Below, piece by piece: positions 28,112 to 36,645 of a stretch of DNA of 45,459 nt (position 1 is the stretch's first letter; the number at the start of each line of letters is the position of its first letter). Position numbers and translations under genes: made by a program. The notes below the pieces were generated by a model. The model ran no database searches. It saw only the letters and a list, made by a program, of their open reading frames with translations, and was not told the DNA's origin. The DNA comes from a virus (taxonomy: Duplodnaviria > Caudoviricetes): the IMG/VR virus record IMGVR_UViG_3300016667_001153, positions 1 to 45,459 of that record; one strand, written 5' to 3'.

Positions 28112-28360
28112 TCAGCACTTCCATGCCCGCAGGCTCTTGTTGATGCGCGAGTTCGGGTCGTTTGCCGTCTTTGCGCTGGTCAGCTTCTTCTTCATCCCCT
28201 TCATGCGCGCGCAGAAGGAGTTACGACGTGATCCACCCTCCGGCTGCGGACGCTTGAGGTTGCCTCCCGTGGCGCGGTTGTACGCCTTGCGTCCAAGCTC
28301 GTTGAGACCGCCGAGCGGGTTCTTGTGCTTCGCCTTGAACTGGAAGGACTTCTTAGCCAT
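28112..28360 (-). CDS. small basic protein (DUF6321-like, 82 aa)
   Basis: GGLN..GRK.YN..TG.NLK.P...RR.SFCARM.G...DPNSRI.K..R.W.C signature. Confidence 0.8.
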   Translation of the reverse strand: MAKKSFQFKAKHKNPLGGLNELGRKAYNRATGGNLKRPQPEGGSRRNSFCARMKGMKKKLTSAKTANDPNSRINKSLRAWKC

Positions 28361-28599
28361 TACGAAATCCGTTCGTTAAAGGTCAGAAGCTTTCTGAGCA
28401 TTTCGTATTCACGGTCTTCTTGCCTTGTAAGCAATTGAGGACGCTCAGAATTTACTTTGTTCCGAAGCTCACGAAACCTCTCAATCAACTTGGGAAGATT
28501 TTCGGAAGAGACTTGCGGCTCAGCTCCAACAAGATGAAAAGGAGCGCCAGCACGCCTTGGAGGAAGTTCTGGCGGGTTGATTTTGATTTTCTTTTCCAT
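28360..28599 (-). CDS. hypothetical low-GC protein (79 aa)
   Basis: Exactly fills the gap (TAATG coupling); AT-rich codons. Confidence 0.55.
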   Translation of the reverse strand: MEKKIKINPPELPPRRAGAPFHLVGAEPQVSSENLPKLIERFRELRNKVNSERPQLLTRQEDREYEMLRKLLTFNERIS

Positions 28600-28601
28600 A
28601 G

Positions 28602-29048
28602 TCAGGTCTGGGTCAGGAGGTACTTAGTCTTCTGCACGAGCCCAAGCATCTCGTCGCGGATGTTGAGCAGAGCGGTTTCCTTCTCGCCAACGTCCTTCGA
28701 GATGTCGTTGCGAAGTGCGTCTTCAAGGTCGGAAAGGATCTTCTGCACGTCCCCACCAACGGAAATGGATGAGATGCCGGACAGGACTTCGCGTCCCTTG
28801 GCGCCAATCAACGTTTCCACGAAGTCGTCGATCAGCCCGTCAAGATCTTTGTAAGCGTTGCCAATTGCCTTGTGCTGGGCGTGCGACTTGGTGAGCCAGT
28901 GCTGCAGTCGAAGAGATTGCTGCGCCGACATCAGCTTTTCGACGCACCCGCACTTCTCGGTTCCCTGGCGACGCTCCGACGACTCGTCGTCGGACGACGA
29001 CTTCATCACGGCAAGCTTCGCAAGCGGGTTTTCGGTTGCCTTTGCCAT
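28602..29048 (-). CDS. Dps/ferritin-like four-helix protein (DUF5856-like, 148 aa)
   Basis: LQHWLTKSHAQHKAIG..Y..LDGLIDDFVE..G and NIRDEML......YLL. Confidence 0.75.
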   Translation of the reverse strand: MAKATENPLAKLAVMKSSSDDESSERRQGTEKCGCVEKLMSAQQSLRLQHWLTKSHAQHKAIGNAYKDLDGLIDDFVETLIGAKGREVLSGISSISVGGDVQKILSDLEDALRNDISKDVGEKETALLNIRDEMLGLVQKTKYLLTQT

Positions 29049-29071
29049 GCAGGAATCATATGGCATGTCCC

Positions 29072-29107
29072 AAAAAAAAGACCACCCGGATGCAAAGATC
29101 CGGGTGG
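29072..29107 (-). terminator. Rho-independent terminator after the major capsid gene
   Basis: 10-bp stem CCACCCGGAT/ATCCGGGTGG followed by T8 on the - strand. Confidence 0.9.
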
Positions 29108-29149
29108 CCGTTGCGCCCGCGCCAAGCGAGCGCCTCAAGGGAGGGTCCC

Positions 29150-30754
29150 TTAGATGTTGCTGGTGCCGCCGTACTGACGGTCCTCAGTGACACCCGTGAG
29201 CTTGAGGCCGGCCGGCTGATCCGGGACGAGCTGCATGCGCAGCATGCCGGGGATCTGCATGCCTTCGGTCACCAGGCTGTTGCCCGGAGCCGCAAGCGTG
29301 CGCTGGATCGGAACCTTGATGTCCGAGTAGCCCAGCGCCGGACCGACGAACTCGAAGGGGATGAACGACTCCGCCTTGTCGAACTTCTGCGTGCCCTTCG
29401 GGCTCGGGGGCACGTAACGCTTCCAGTTGCCGCCACCCTTGCGGATGCCGTACACGCTGCCGCTCTCGACGTAGTTCGAGGTGTAGCCGGTGTAGGTGCG
29501 TCCGTCGAAGGTGAACTTGAAGCCTTCCTGGCTGCCCTCGCTGGTGAGGCTCGAGAGCTTCGAAGTGCGGTCCAGCATGTACTGGCCGATCTTCTGCGCC
29601 TCGTAGTTGAGCCACACGCCGTCGCTGGCGATCAGGGTGTCGAGGTACTGGCCGTACTTCTCCTTCGCGCGGTGGAAGCCGCGGAGGTACTGGCGGAGCT
29701 TGTGCTCCGTCAGCGCGCCGACCGAGGACTTCGTGAACGACTTGAACTCCGGGTGGAGATCGACGTCGATCGCGTTGGCCGAGTCGTAGTCGCTGCCGAG
29801 CAGGTTGCCCGTGGCCTTGAGCCAGCTGTTGACGCCGGCGATGCCGTAGCTGCCGGCGGCGTTGCTGATCTTGCCGTTCGCGAAGTACACGTCGTACGTG
29901 GTGTTCACGGTCAGCGAGACGTTCGCGCCGAAGGCGATGGTCACGTAGCCCAGGATCTCGTCGATGCCCGCAACCCACGCGCTGATGCGGGTGGTCAGAT
30001 TCTGGTTGGCCGGCGTGCCGGCCTGCGAATCGTTGCGGCGGTCGTTCGAGGTGTAGATGTCGACGCGCATGCCGAGGGCGTAGCGGTCGACGGTCAGCTC
30101 GGGCACCGCAAACTTGACGACGCGGATGTCGGCGGCCGTTGCAGGCGTGGTCGACGGCGTGGTCGTCGTGTAGGCGGCGTTCGAGTACCAGGCGTTGCCG
30201 GACGAGAAGTTCAGCGTCGAGAGCTTGTAGTCCGAGTTCTGGTTCACGTACCAGTAGTTGCAGAGCGTGTGCGCCATCAGGCGCGCATGGCCCTCCAGCT
30301 TCGGACCGATGACCTCGCCGATGAACGCCGGCGTGGCCTCGGCCGTCATCTCGCCGAGCGAGACGTACAGGTTCGAGACCATGGCCTTCATGCCGACGCC
30401 GAGGCGGAACGGCTTGGCCATGACGCCGTCCGTGGCATCGGGCCACGAGGCGGTCGTCGCGCTCTGGTTCTGGAGCTTGGGACCGACGTTGGTGACGTTG
30501 TTGTCACCGTACAGGACGAAGTTGCTGCGGGTGTCGGCCATCTCGAGGACGCCGGCCATCGAACCCATGTAGATCTTCAGGATCTTGAGGTCGCGGCCGA
30601 TCAGCGAGGCAGGACCGACGCCCTGGCTGGTGGCGATGGTGTCGCGCCAGCAGGGATCGAGCGCAGGCAGGAAAACCTCGATGTTCTTGTTGAGGATCTC
30701 CTGGATGCGGTCCGTCTGGGTGTTGAAGAGGGAGTTTGTGCTTGCGAAAGGCAT
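29150..30754 (-). CDS. major capsid protein (534 aa)
   Basis: RBS AAGGAGG; strongest codon bias in the window; follows portal and scaffold; followed by a terminator. Confidence 0.82.
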   Translation of the reverse strand: MPFASTNSLFNTQTDRIQEILNKNIEVFLPALDPCWRDTIATSQGVGPASLIGRDLKILKIYMGSMAGVLEMADTRSNFVLYGDNNVTNVGPKLQNQSATTASWPDATDGVMAKPFRLGVGMKAMVSNLYVSLGEMTAEATPAFIGEVIGPKLEGHARLMAHTLCNYWYVNQNSDYKLSTLNFSSGNAWYSNAAYTTTTPSTTPATAADIRVVKFAVPELTVDRYALGMRVDIYTSNDRRNDSQAGTPANQNLTTRISAWVAGIDEILGYVTIAFGANVSLTVNTTYDVYFANGKISNAAGSYGIAGVNSWLKATGNLLGSDYDSANAIDVDLHPEFKSFTKSSVGALTEHKLRQYLRGFHRAKEKYGQYLDTLIASDGVWLNYEAQKIGQYMLDRTSKLSSLTSEGSQEGFKFTFDGRTYTGYTSNYVESGSVYGIRKGGGNWKRYVPPSPKGTQKFDKAESFIPFEFVGPALGYSDIKVPIQRTLAAPGNSLVTEGMQIPGMLRMQLVPDQPAGLKLTGVTEDRQYGGTSNI

Positions 30755-30787
30755 TTGAGTTCCGCCTCCTTGGCGGTGATTGTTTTG

Positions 30788-31684
30788 TTACGCCTTGGTC
30801 TCCCCACCTGCGGAGACCTCGGCAGCGAGGCGAGTGAGGGCGTCCGTGTTGAATTCACGGATGCTCTTGTCGACGTCCCCGCGATCCATGCCCTTCTTGA
30901 AGTCGGGCGGCGGGACCGGGGGCTTGGAAGTGATCGAATCGACCTCGCTCACCGTTTCCGGCGCCCGGCCAAGCTGGCCCAGGTCACCGATGACCGTCGA
31001 GTACGACTTCGCCACGTCCTGAGCAGCCTTGGCTGATTCCTCCGCAATCCAATCCTCGTTGAACTCCCCACCAGCCTTGTCGCGGCGGGAGTAGAGTCGC
31101 TCGAGGGTCGCCTTGCGGACCTGCTCCTGAATCGCCTCGTAGGCACCCGTCGCCTGTTCACGGCCACGGGTCTTATCGAGACCCATCAACATCTTTGCAA
31201 GATCCTGGTTGCCGTCAATGGCAGAAACGACGCCATTCTTCATTTCCTGCTCCATCATGCGGAGGCGGACGCGGCGCGCTTCGTTCATTGCTGCTTCGAC
31301 ACGGGGATCGTTGTTTGCCATCTTGTTCTCCTCTTGAGACTGATTTTCGCTGACGGGCTCCTCGTCGGAAGCCTCGTTCTCTTCTGCGTACTGCGAGTTG
31401 AGGAACTCGCTGACCTTGTTGGTGATCTCGGATTCCTCGTATCCGAGGTTCTTCATGACGATTCGAGCGCTCGACGCAAGACGGTCGCGGTCTTCGGAAC
31501 CGCGCATGACGACGTCCGTCGCGTTGCGGAACTGGCGAAGGTCGTCGACTTCCTCCGCAAGCGTGTTTGCGTTGAGGATCGCCTGCACGAGATCGCCGAT
31601 CTTGATCTTCTCGCCCTCGTACTCAAAGACGTCGTCGAGCGTGATTGCGCGAGGGGCCTGTCCCCCGTTCTGTTCGTCAGCCAT
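30788..31684 (-). CDS. capsid scaffolding protein (298 aa)
   Basis: Acidic helical protein between portal and capsid. Confidence 0.7.
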   Translation of the reverse strand: MADEQNGGQAPRAITLDDVFEYEGEKIKIGDLVQAILNANTLAEEVDDLRQFRNATDVVMRGSEDRDRLASSARIVMKNLGYEESEITNKVSEFLNSQYAEENEASDEEPVSENQSQEENKMANNDPRVEAAMNEARRVRLRMMEQEMKNGVVSAIDGNQDLAKMLMGLDKTRGREQATGAYEAIQEQVRKATLERLYSRRDKAGGEFNEDWIAEESAKAAQDVAKSYSTVIGDLGQLGRAPETVSEVDSITSKPPVPPPDFKKGMDRGDVDKSIREFNTDALTRLAAEVSAGGETKA

Positions 31685-33680
31685 TCACTGCCATCCCTTG
31701 TGGTTGCGCCTGCTGCTGCATCTGCTGTCCGGGCTGACCGGCCACGTTGGCCACGTCATCCGGGTTCGGGACCATTGCAGGCAAGGTCTGTCCCATGAAA
31801 CCGATCAATGCCTCCCGGTACGACTTGAAGGCGTTCTGCACTTCCGGGCTGGCAATACCCATGATTGGGTTCGCCATGAACGCCGCAAGGACACGAAGCT
31901 GGATGTCCGGCCTGGTGGTGTGGGGCGTGATGACGATCTGCTGCGTCTGCTGGCCGTCACCGAACAGCAGCAGGATGTTCCGCACCACGCTCTCGTAAGC
32001 GGACTTCTCCTCCTCCATCCACACGGCAAGGTCCAGGCCTTCCTTCATGGCAAGCAGCTTGACGCCGTCTGCGTCGTGCATGCCGGCCTGCAGCATCGCC
32101 AAGGCCTCCTGCTTGCGGACGACCTCGCTCTTCGGGGCGGTGTCCCAGACCGTGAAGTTGATCTGCGAGAAGTTTGGGAGCGGGTTCCGCTCGAACGAGA
32201 CGGTGCCGGCGTCCGGGTCGATCATCGCTCCGGCAAGCTCCGTCGTCAACTTGTTGACGGGGAGCGCGCGCTTCGACACGAGCATCTGGCCCGCAGCCTT
32301 CGCCACGAGCGCACGGTACATCGTGCCGAACGCAACCTGCACCCCGCTGGTGGGGTTCGTCATCGCCTTCGAGATCTGCTCGTCGAGGAACTGCAGGCCC
32401 TGCGCGCTGTCCACACGGCCCTTCTCGGCGATCAGGTCCTGCACCGGCGAAAGTCCATCAGCAACGTTCTTTGCGAACTGCGCGACCTTGCCTGGCACGT
32501 CGCCGGCATTGAAAGGCTGAATGACGATCGGCTTGAAATCCTCGTTCAGCAGCGCGTCCTTCGAGTACGAAAGATAGCGAAGGCCCGTGCCGACCTCGCG
32601 CATCGTCGCGCGCTCATTGATCGTGCCCTGCGGGATCAGCACCACGCCGTAGCGGTCCATGGTTCGGATGTTGTTGAAGAGCGACTTCTGCAGCCGTTCC
32701 ATCTCGCGCACGATTCCGAACATGAGGTCAAACAAGCCTGCGCCATGGAACGTGCCGTTGTCCATGAAACGCGCGAATCCGATGGGGCAGTACGCCTCGA
32801 CCGAGCTGAGATCCTGGTCCTCGATCAGCACGTCGCCGCTCGTGACGATGTAGCGGCTGACGGTCCCGCGAGGGCCGTGGATCCAGGTCTCGCGCACCTT
32901 GCAGACCTGCTGCGTGTCGCCATCCTCGACGTTGCCCTTGACGCCGCCGTTCGCCATGGTGGACACGAAGTAGCCGGTCCCGTTCCACGGAGCGTCCTGC
33001 GACTCCTCCATCTGGTGGCCGTACTCCCAGCGCCAGACGTCCATCTCCTCGATGTTTCGGTTGATCTTCGACTTGCCGTACTTGTCGGTGAGGAAATCGA
33101 GCGGAACAAGTCGCTGCCGCACGATGCCTCGGGCCTTCGTGTGGTCGTGGCCAAGCGACGGGAACGGCATCAGTTCCTTGGGGTGGATCACCTCGAGGTC
33201 GCTCGTCAGGCCAACGGTCGGATGGTCGATGATGTGGCCGGTGATGCCGCAGGATCCGAGCAGCGAGAACATGTACGAGAAGTCGCGCTGGACGTTTGCA
33301 AGCTGCTGGTCGCTGACGACGGCATCGGCAATGAGCTGCGAAACGGAACGCTCGCGCAGGCCGGCAAGGCTGAATCCCTGCCGAAGGGCGCGCGGGCGAA
33401 GGTCCATGGTGTTCAGGCGAGCCGTGGTCTTGTCGACGATGGACAGGAGTTCCGTGCTCTGGAACTCCATGTTCCCTTCCTCATCGAGGTAATGCGGCGT
33501 GATGCGGCCCGTGCGCGGGTCGAACACGTCGAACCGGCGGAAGCCGTTCATGTAGTACCAAGCCAGCAGCCACAGGGTGCGGCGGTACGTCAGCTTCAGC
33601 ATCTCCCTGGAGACGTGCGAGTCAATGACCTTTGCAAGGGTCTTGGGGTTCTTCGGGAGGTTGACTCCATCGCTCGCCAT
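31677..33680 (-). CDS. portal protein (667 aa)
   Basis: Size, position after the terminase, Gln-rich C-terminal tail typical of podovirus portals. Confidence 0.78.
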   Translation of the reverse strand: MASDGVNLPKNPKTLAKVIDSHVSREMLKLTYRRTLWLLAWYYMNGFRRFDVFDPRTGRITPHYLDEEGNMEFQSTELLSIVDKTTARLNTMDLRPRALRQGFSLAGLRERSVSQLIADAVVSDQQLANVQRDFSYMFSLLGSCGITGHIIDHPTVGLTSDLEVIHPKELMPFPSLGHDHTKARGIVRQRLVPLDFLTDKYGKSKINRNIEEMDVWRWEYGHQMEESQDAPWNGTGYFVSTMANGGVKGNVEDGDTQQVCKVRETWIHGPRGTVSRYIVTSGDVLIEDQDLSSVEAYCPIGFARFMDNGTFHGAGLFDLMFGIVREMERLQKSLFNNIRTMDRYGVVLIPQGTINERATMREVGTGLRYLSYSKDALLNEDFKPIVIQPFNAGDVPGKVAQFAKNVADGLSPVQDLIAEKGRVDSAQGLQFLDEQISKAMTNPTSGVQVAFGTMYRALVAKAAGQMLVSKRALPVNKLTTELAGAMIDPDAGTVSFERNPLPNFSQINFTVWDTAPKSEVVRKQEALAMLQAGMHDADGVKLLAMKEGLDLAVWMEEEKSAYESVVRNILLLFGDGQQTQQIVITPHTTRPDIQLRVLAAFMANPIMGIASPEVQNAFKSYREALIGFMGQTLPAMVPNPDDVANVAGQPGQQMQQQAQPQGMAVNG

Positions 33681-33683
33681 ACG

Positions 33684-33932
33684 TCACGCCTTTCGTGCGT
33701 TGACACGCTTCCAACCCGGAGGCATGTCCTCCAGCAGGTCGATGCCGTTCCAGTTCTTCTGCACGAATTGAGCAGGCTGTTCCGGTTGCGGAGCAGGCTG
33801 CTGCACCTCGGCTTCCCGTCGTCCGCCGTAGTAGTGCTCGACCAGCAGCTGGAAGTACGAAAGCGGAATCGTCACCGTGTTGGTGACGGACTGCGACTTC
33901 GGTGCCGGGATGTACTCGACATGGTCAGACAC
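33684..33932 (-). CDS. hypothetical protein (82 aa)
   Basis: RBS GGAGG; fills the TerL-portal gap. Confidence 0.65.
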   Translation of the reverse strand: MSDHVEYIPAPKSQSVTNTVTIPLSYFQLLVEHYYGGRREAEVQQPAPQPEQPAQFVQKNWNGIDLLEDMPPGWKRVNARKA

Positions 33933-35895
33933 GGGTTCCTCCGCCCTTGGGATCAGGCTCCCTCATAATACGCATTGCGTCATTGACCGCAAGATTATTG
34001 AATCCGACCGCCTCGGCAATGTTGATGCCGTACTTGGAGTCGATCCGGTTCCCGTTCTCCATTTCGGACACCGGATCCTCGATGACGAGCGACCCTTCGT
34101 CCTCCCCGAGCCTGGCGGACGCCCGTTCCATGCGGCCCCGGACCACGAACATGCTCATCGCGACCGTGTCGATGAAGTCGTCGTGGGCCAGGCCGCCATT
34201 CTCGGCGTCCGGGTTGAACTGTTCGATCTGCTCGAACAGCATCCGCCACGGCATGATGCCCCTCCTCCAGGTGGGGAGCTTGATCAGACCGTGCTCGAAC
34301 CGGTAGTTCAGGGCACTGATCTTCGAGGTCTTGTCCATGACGCCGGGGTTCAGCTTCACGACCTTCGGCGGGGTCATGCCGGTGATCTGGTCCGCGCGCT
34401 GCCGGACCATCGACTCCATGGCCGCATACAGGCTGAACGACTGCCGCACCACCTCCACGTGGATGGCGGGAACCCGCCACTTCATGGCCAGCCTGAACGC
34501 GTGCTCGATGAGGACCGGCTCCCGGACCTGGCCGCCCCAGGTGTCCAGGACGAAGAGGCACGCGTCCACCGGGTCGTACGCCATGACCGTGCAGACCTTG
34601 AAGTCCGAGTCGCTGGTCGCCGTGTACGACGTGTCGACCGTGGCAAACAACTTGACGCGCTGGCTCAGGAACTGCGAGATCGGCATCTTCTCGACGACAC
34701 CGGACTTGCCCGTCCAGCAAACAGTCGACTTGCTTGCATGCGGATCGGAATCCGATTCGCCGTCCGGCTCCTCGACCCACCAGCCGTGCTTCTCCTTGGT
34801 GACATCGCCGAAGTACTGCTCCTGCGACTCGCCTGGCTGCGCCAAGTACTCGGCGTTGTAGTTGTGCGGGCCGATCAGGAACTTGATGTCCTCGAGAGAC
34901 ACCAGGCCGTTCAGCTTCGGATTCGCGTCACGGACCTTGTTGTTGATAGGCCACATGGACGGCCAAGCACTCTGCTGGTTGCCATCCTTGTCCGTGTACT
35001 CGGCGCGGAGGATGAGTCGCGCCCACTGGTCGAAACGCGGGTCCTTGGCAACCCTGCTTCCGTCCGCAAGCAGCTCGGTCATCATCGCGTGCCATGCGTA
35101 GTGCCGGCGGCTCACGAACGTTGCCAGCCACCGGACGCTGGTATCACGCCGTGTCACCATCGGCATCACGACCTTGAACAGCAATCGCTCCATGTAAGAA
35201 CGGAGGATCGACATGCTCGTCGATGCCTTCGGGTCATACTCAGGGTCATCCAGCGCGTACACGCGCGGGCGACCGCCACGCTGGCGGCTCTCTGCGCTGA
35301 TGGCGCGGAACCACGAGCCGTTGTTCAGGTACATCAGCTCGACGCCGAACGACGCCTCGCCCCGCTTTGGGGTGATGCGCCCGTCCGGGAACTCCGGGGC
35401 AAAATCGTCTGCGACCTTGCGATTGCCGATGAACTGCGTCTTCAGGATCTGCGATGTCTGTTCCGCGTTGTCGACGCTGCTCGTCGCATAAATGAACGAG
35501 AACGCCGGACGGGTGAGCATCTGCAGGAGCGCGGTCTTGCGGAAGCAATTGCTCTTTGCGAACCCTCGCGGCGCGATTGCGATCGAGCGCGGCGACGACG
35601 CCCACATCCGGTAGATGGCAAAGTGGCCGGGAGGCGGCTCAACCGGGTCGTCGTCGTAGAAGTACGGATTGAAGTCGTCGTCCCAATCGGGATGCAGGTA
35701 GCACTGATCGAAGAAGTTAACGCTGCCTGCAAACCGCGTCGCCTTCAGCTGCAGGTCGCTGGTGGGGACCAGCCACTGCGAGCACGCGTTCACGCGCGCA
35801 AGCCGCTGGCCCTCGGCCGTGAGGTCGAGGTAATCCGGGGGCAACGGCCACATGGCGTTGCCCTCTGCCGGCATGGGGACCGGTACTGGATTCAC
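33925..35895 (-). CDS. terL: terminase large subunit (656 aa)
   Basis: Walker A IAPRGFAKS, GGRPRVYALDDPE Walker B, nuclease motifs TVDTS, VEVV and HDDFIDT; GTG start overlaps the upstream stop. Confidence 0.92.
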   Translation of the reverse strand: MNPVPVPMPAEGNAMWPLPPDYLDLTAEGQRLARVNACSQWLVPTSDLQLKATRFAGSVNFFDQCYLHPDWDDDFNPYFYDDDPVEPPPGHFAIYRMWASSPRSIAIAPRGFAKSNCFRKTALLQMLTRPAFSFIYATSSVDNAEQTSQILKTQFIGNRKVADDFAPEFPDGRITPKRGEASFGVELMYLNNGSWFRAISAESRQRGGRPRVYALDDPEYDPKASTSMSILRSYMERLLFKVVMPMVTRRDTSVRWLATFVSRRHYAWHAMMTELLADGSRVAKDPRFDQWARLILRAEYTDKDGNQQSAWPSMWPINNKVRDANPKLNGLVSLEDIKFLIGPHNYNAEYLAQPGESQEQYFGDVTKEKHGWWVEEPDGESDSDPHASKSTVCWTGKSGVVEKMPISQFLSQRVKLFATVDTSYTATSDSDFKVCTVMAYDPVDACLFVLDTWGGQVREPVLIEHAFRLAMKWRVPAIHVEVVRQSFSLYAAMESMVRQRADQITGMTPPKVVKLNPGVMDKTSKISALNYRFEHGLIKLPTWRRGIMPWRMLFEQIEQFNPDAENGGLAHDDFIDTVAMSMFVVRGRMERASARLGEDEGSLVIEDPVSEMENGNRIDSKYGINIAEAVGFNNLAVNDAMRIMREPDPKGGGTRV

Positions 35896-36227
35896 GAGTT
35901 CGCCAGCTTCGGGTTCTGCGATCCCTTGATGCACACGAGCTCGACAGCCGCCATCCGAAGGATCGACGCGGACAGGATCGACGGGTCATGCATCATCGTG
36001 CTCGACGCGACAAGCTCGTTCGCCGCATCGACCCAACGCTTGTGGAATTCCATGCCCGTGACGAGGATACGGTCCTTGATTGCGGTCCCGAGTTCCTCCG
36101 GCTCGCCCCACCAGGTGCCTGGGTCGAGGATCCCGAGCGAGAAGAGGATCGGGCCTCCGCCGCGTGCGGCGTTCAGCGAATCCATCGACGCAATGCGGAG
36201 CATCGCGTCACGGACTTGCGGGATCAT
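35892..36227 (-). CDS. hypothetical protein (111 aa)
   Basis: RBS GAGGA before MIPQVRD; stop coupled to the TerL start. Confidence 0.6.
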   Translation of the reverse strand: MIPQVRDAMLRIASMDSLNAARGGGPILFSLGILDPGTWWGEPEELGTAIKDRILVTGMEFHKRWVDAANELVASSTMMHDPSILSASILRMAAVELVCIKGSQNPKLANS

Positions 36228-36645
36228 GTCCTCGAGATGGCAGGTAGACGGCTGCGATTCTGTCGGTCGAATCTTCTGAGATTGCATTTGGTGCTCCCTT
36301 GATGCTTGAGACGAGTCTGCTTGCTGACTTCGTGATGGTACGTGTTCCCGTTTCATCTGCGTTCGTTATGGATGCGGTCGTCGCGGTGATCATGCCGTTG
36401 AGTTCGGCGACCTCGCGAACGATCTCGCGGATCTGCTTCATCGCCTGCATGGCGTTCTTCGGGCTTCCGTCCCTGGCAATCGCGGTCAGCCGCTCGATCT
36501 CCTCGCCGACGTCCCAATCGCTTGCACGGATGGCCCCACCGACAGTGGATGGGCAGAAGAAGGACATGATTCGCTCGTCGTGCGGGATCTCCTGCTCACG
36601 CGCGCGCTCGAACTTGCTGAGGCTCTGTGGCCTGCTTGCCATCAC
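36208..36645 (-). CDS. terminase small subunit candidate (145 aa)
   Basis: Size, position and helical EEIERLTAIA..NAMQAMKQI segment; no diagnostic motif. Confidence 0.45.
   Translation of the reverse strand: MMASRPQSLSKFERAREQEIPHDERIMSFFCPSTVGGAIRASDWDVGEEIERLTAIARDGSPKNAMQAMKQIREIVREVAELNGMITATTASITNADETGTRTITKSASRLVSSIKGAPNAISEDSTDRIAAVYLPSRGHDPASP

Noticed and set aside
29036-36279. Very long + strand ORFs (666, 856 and 800 aa) opposite capsid, portal and terminase
   Set aside because: Antisense shadows caused by high GC3 codon bias; Arg/Val-rich nonsense composition, no motifs.
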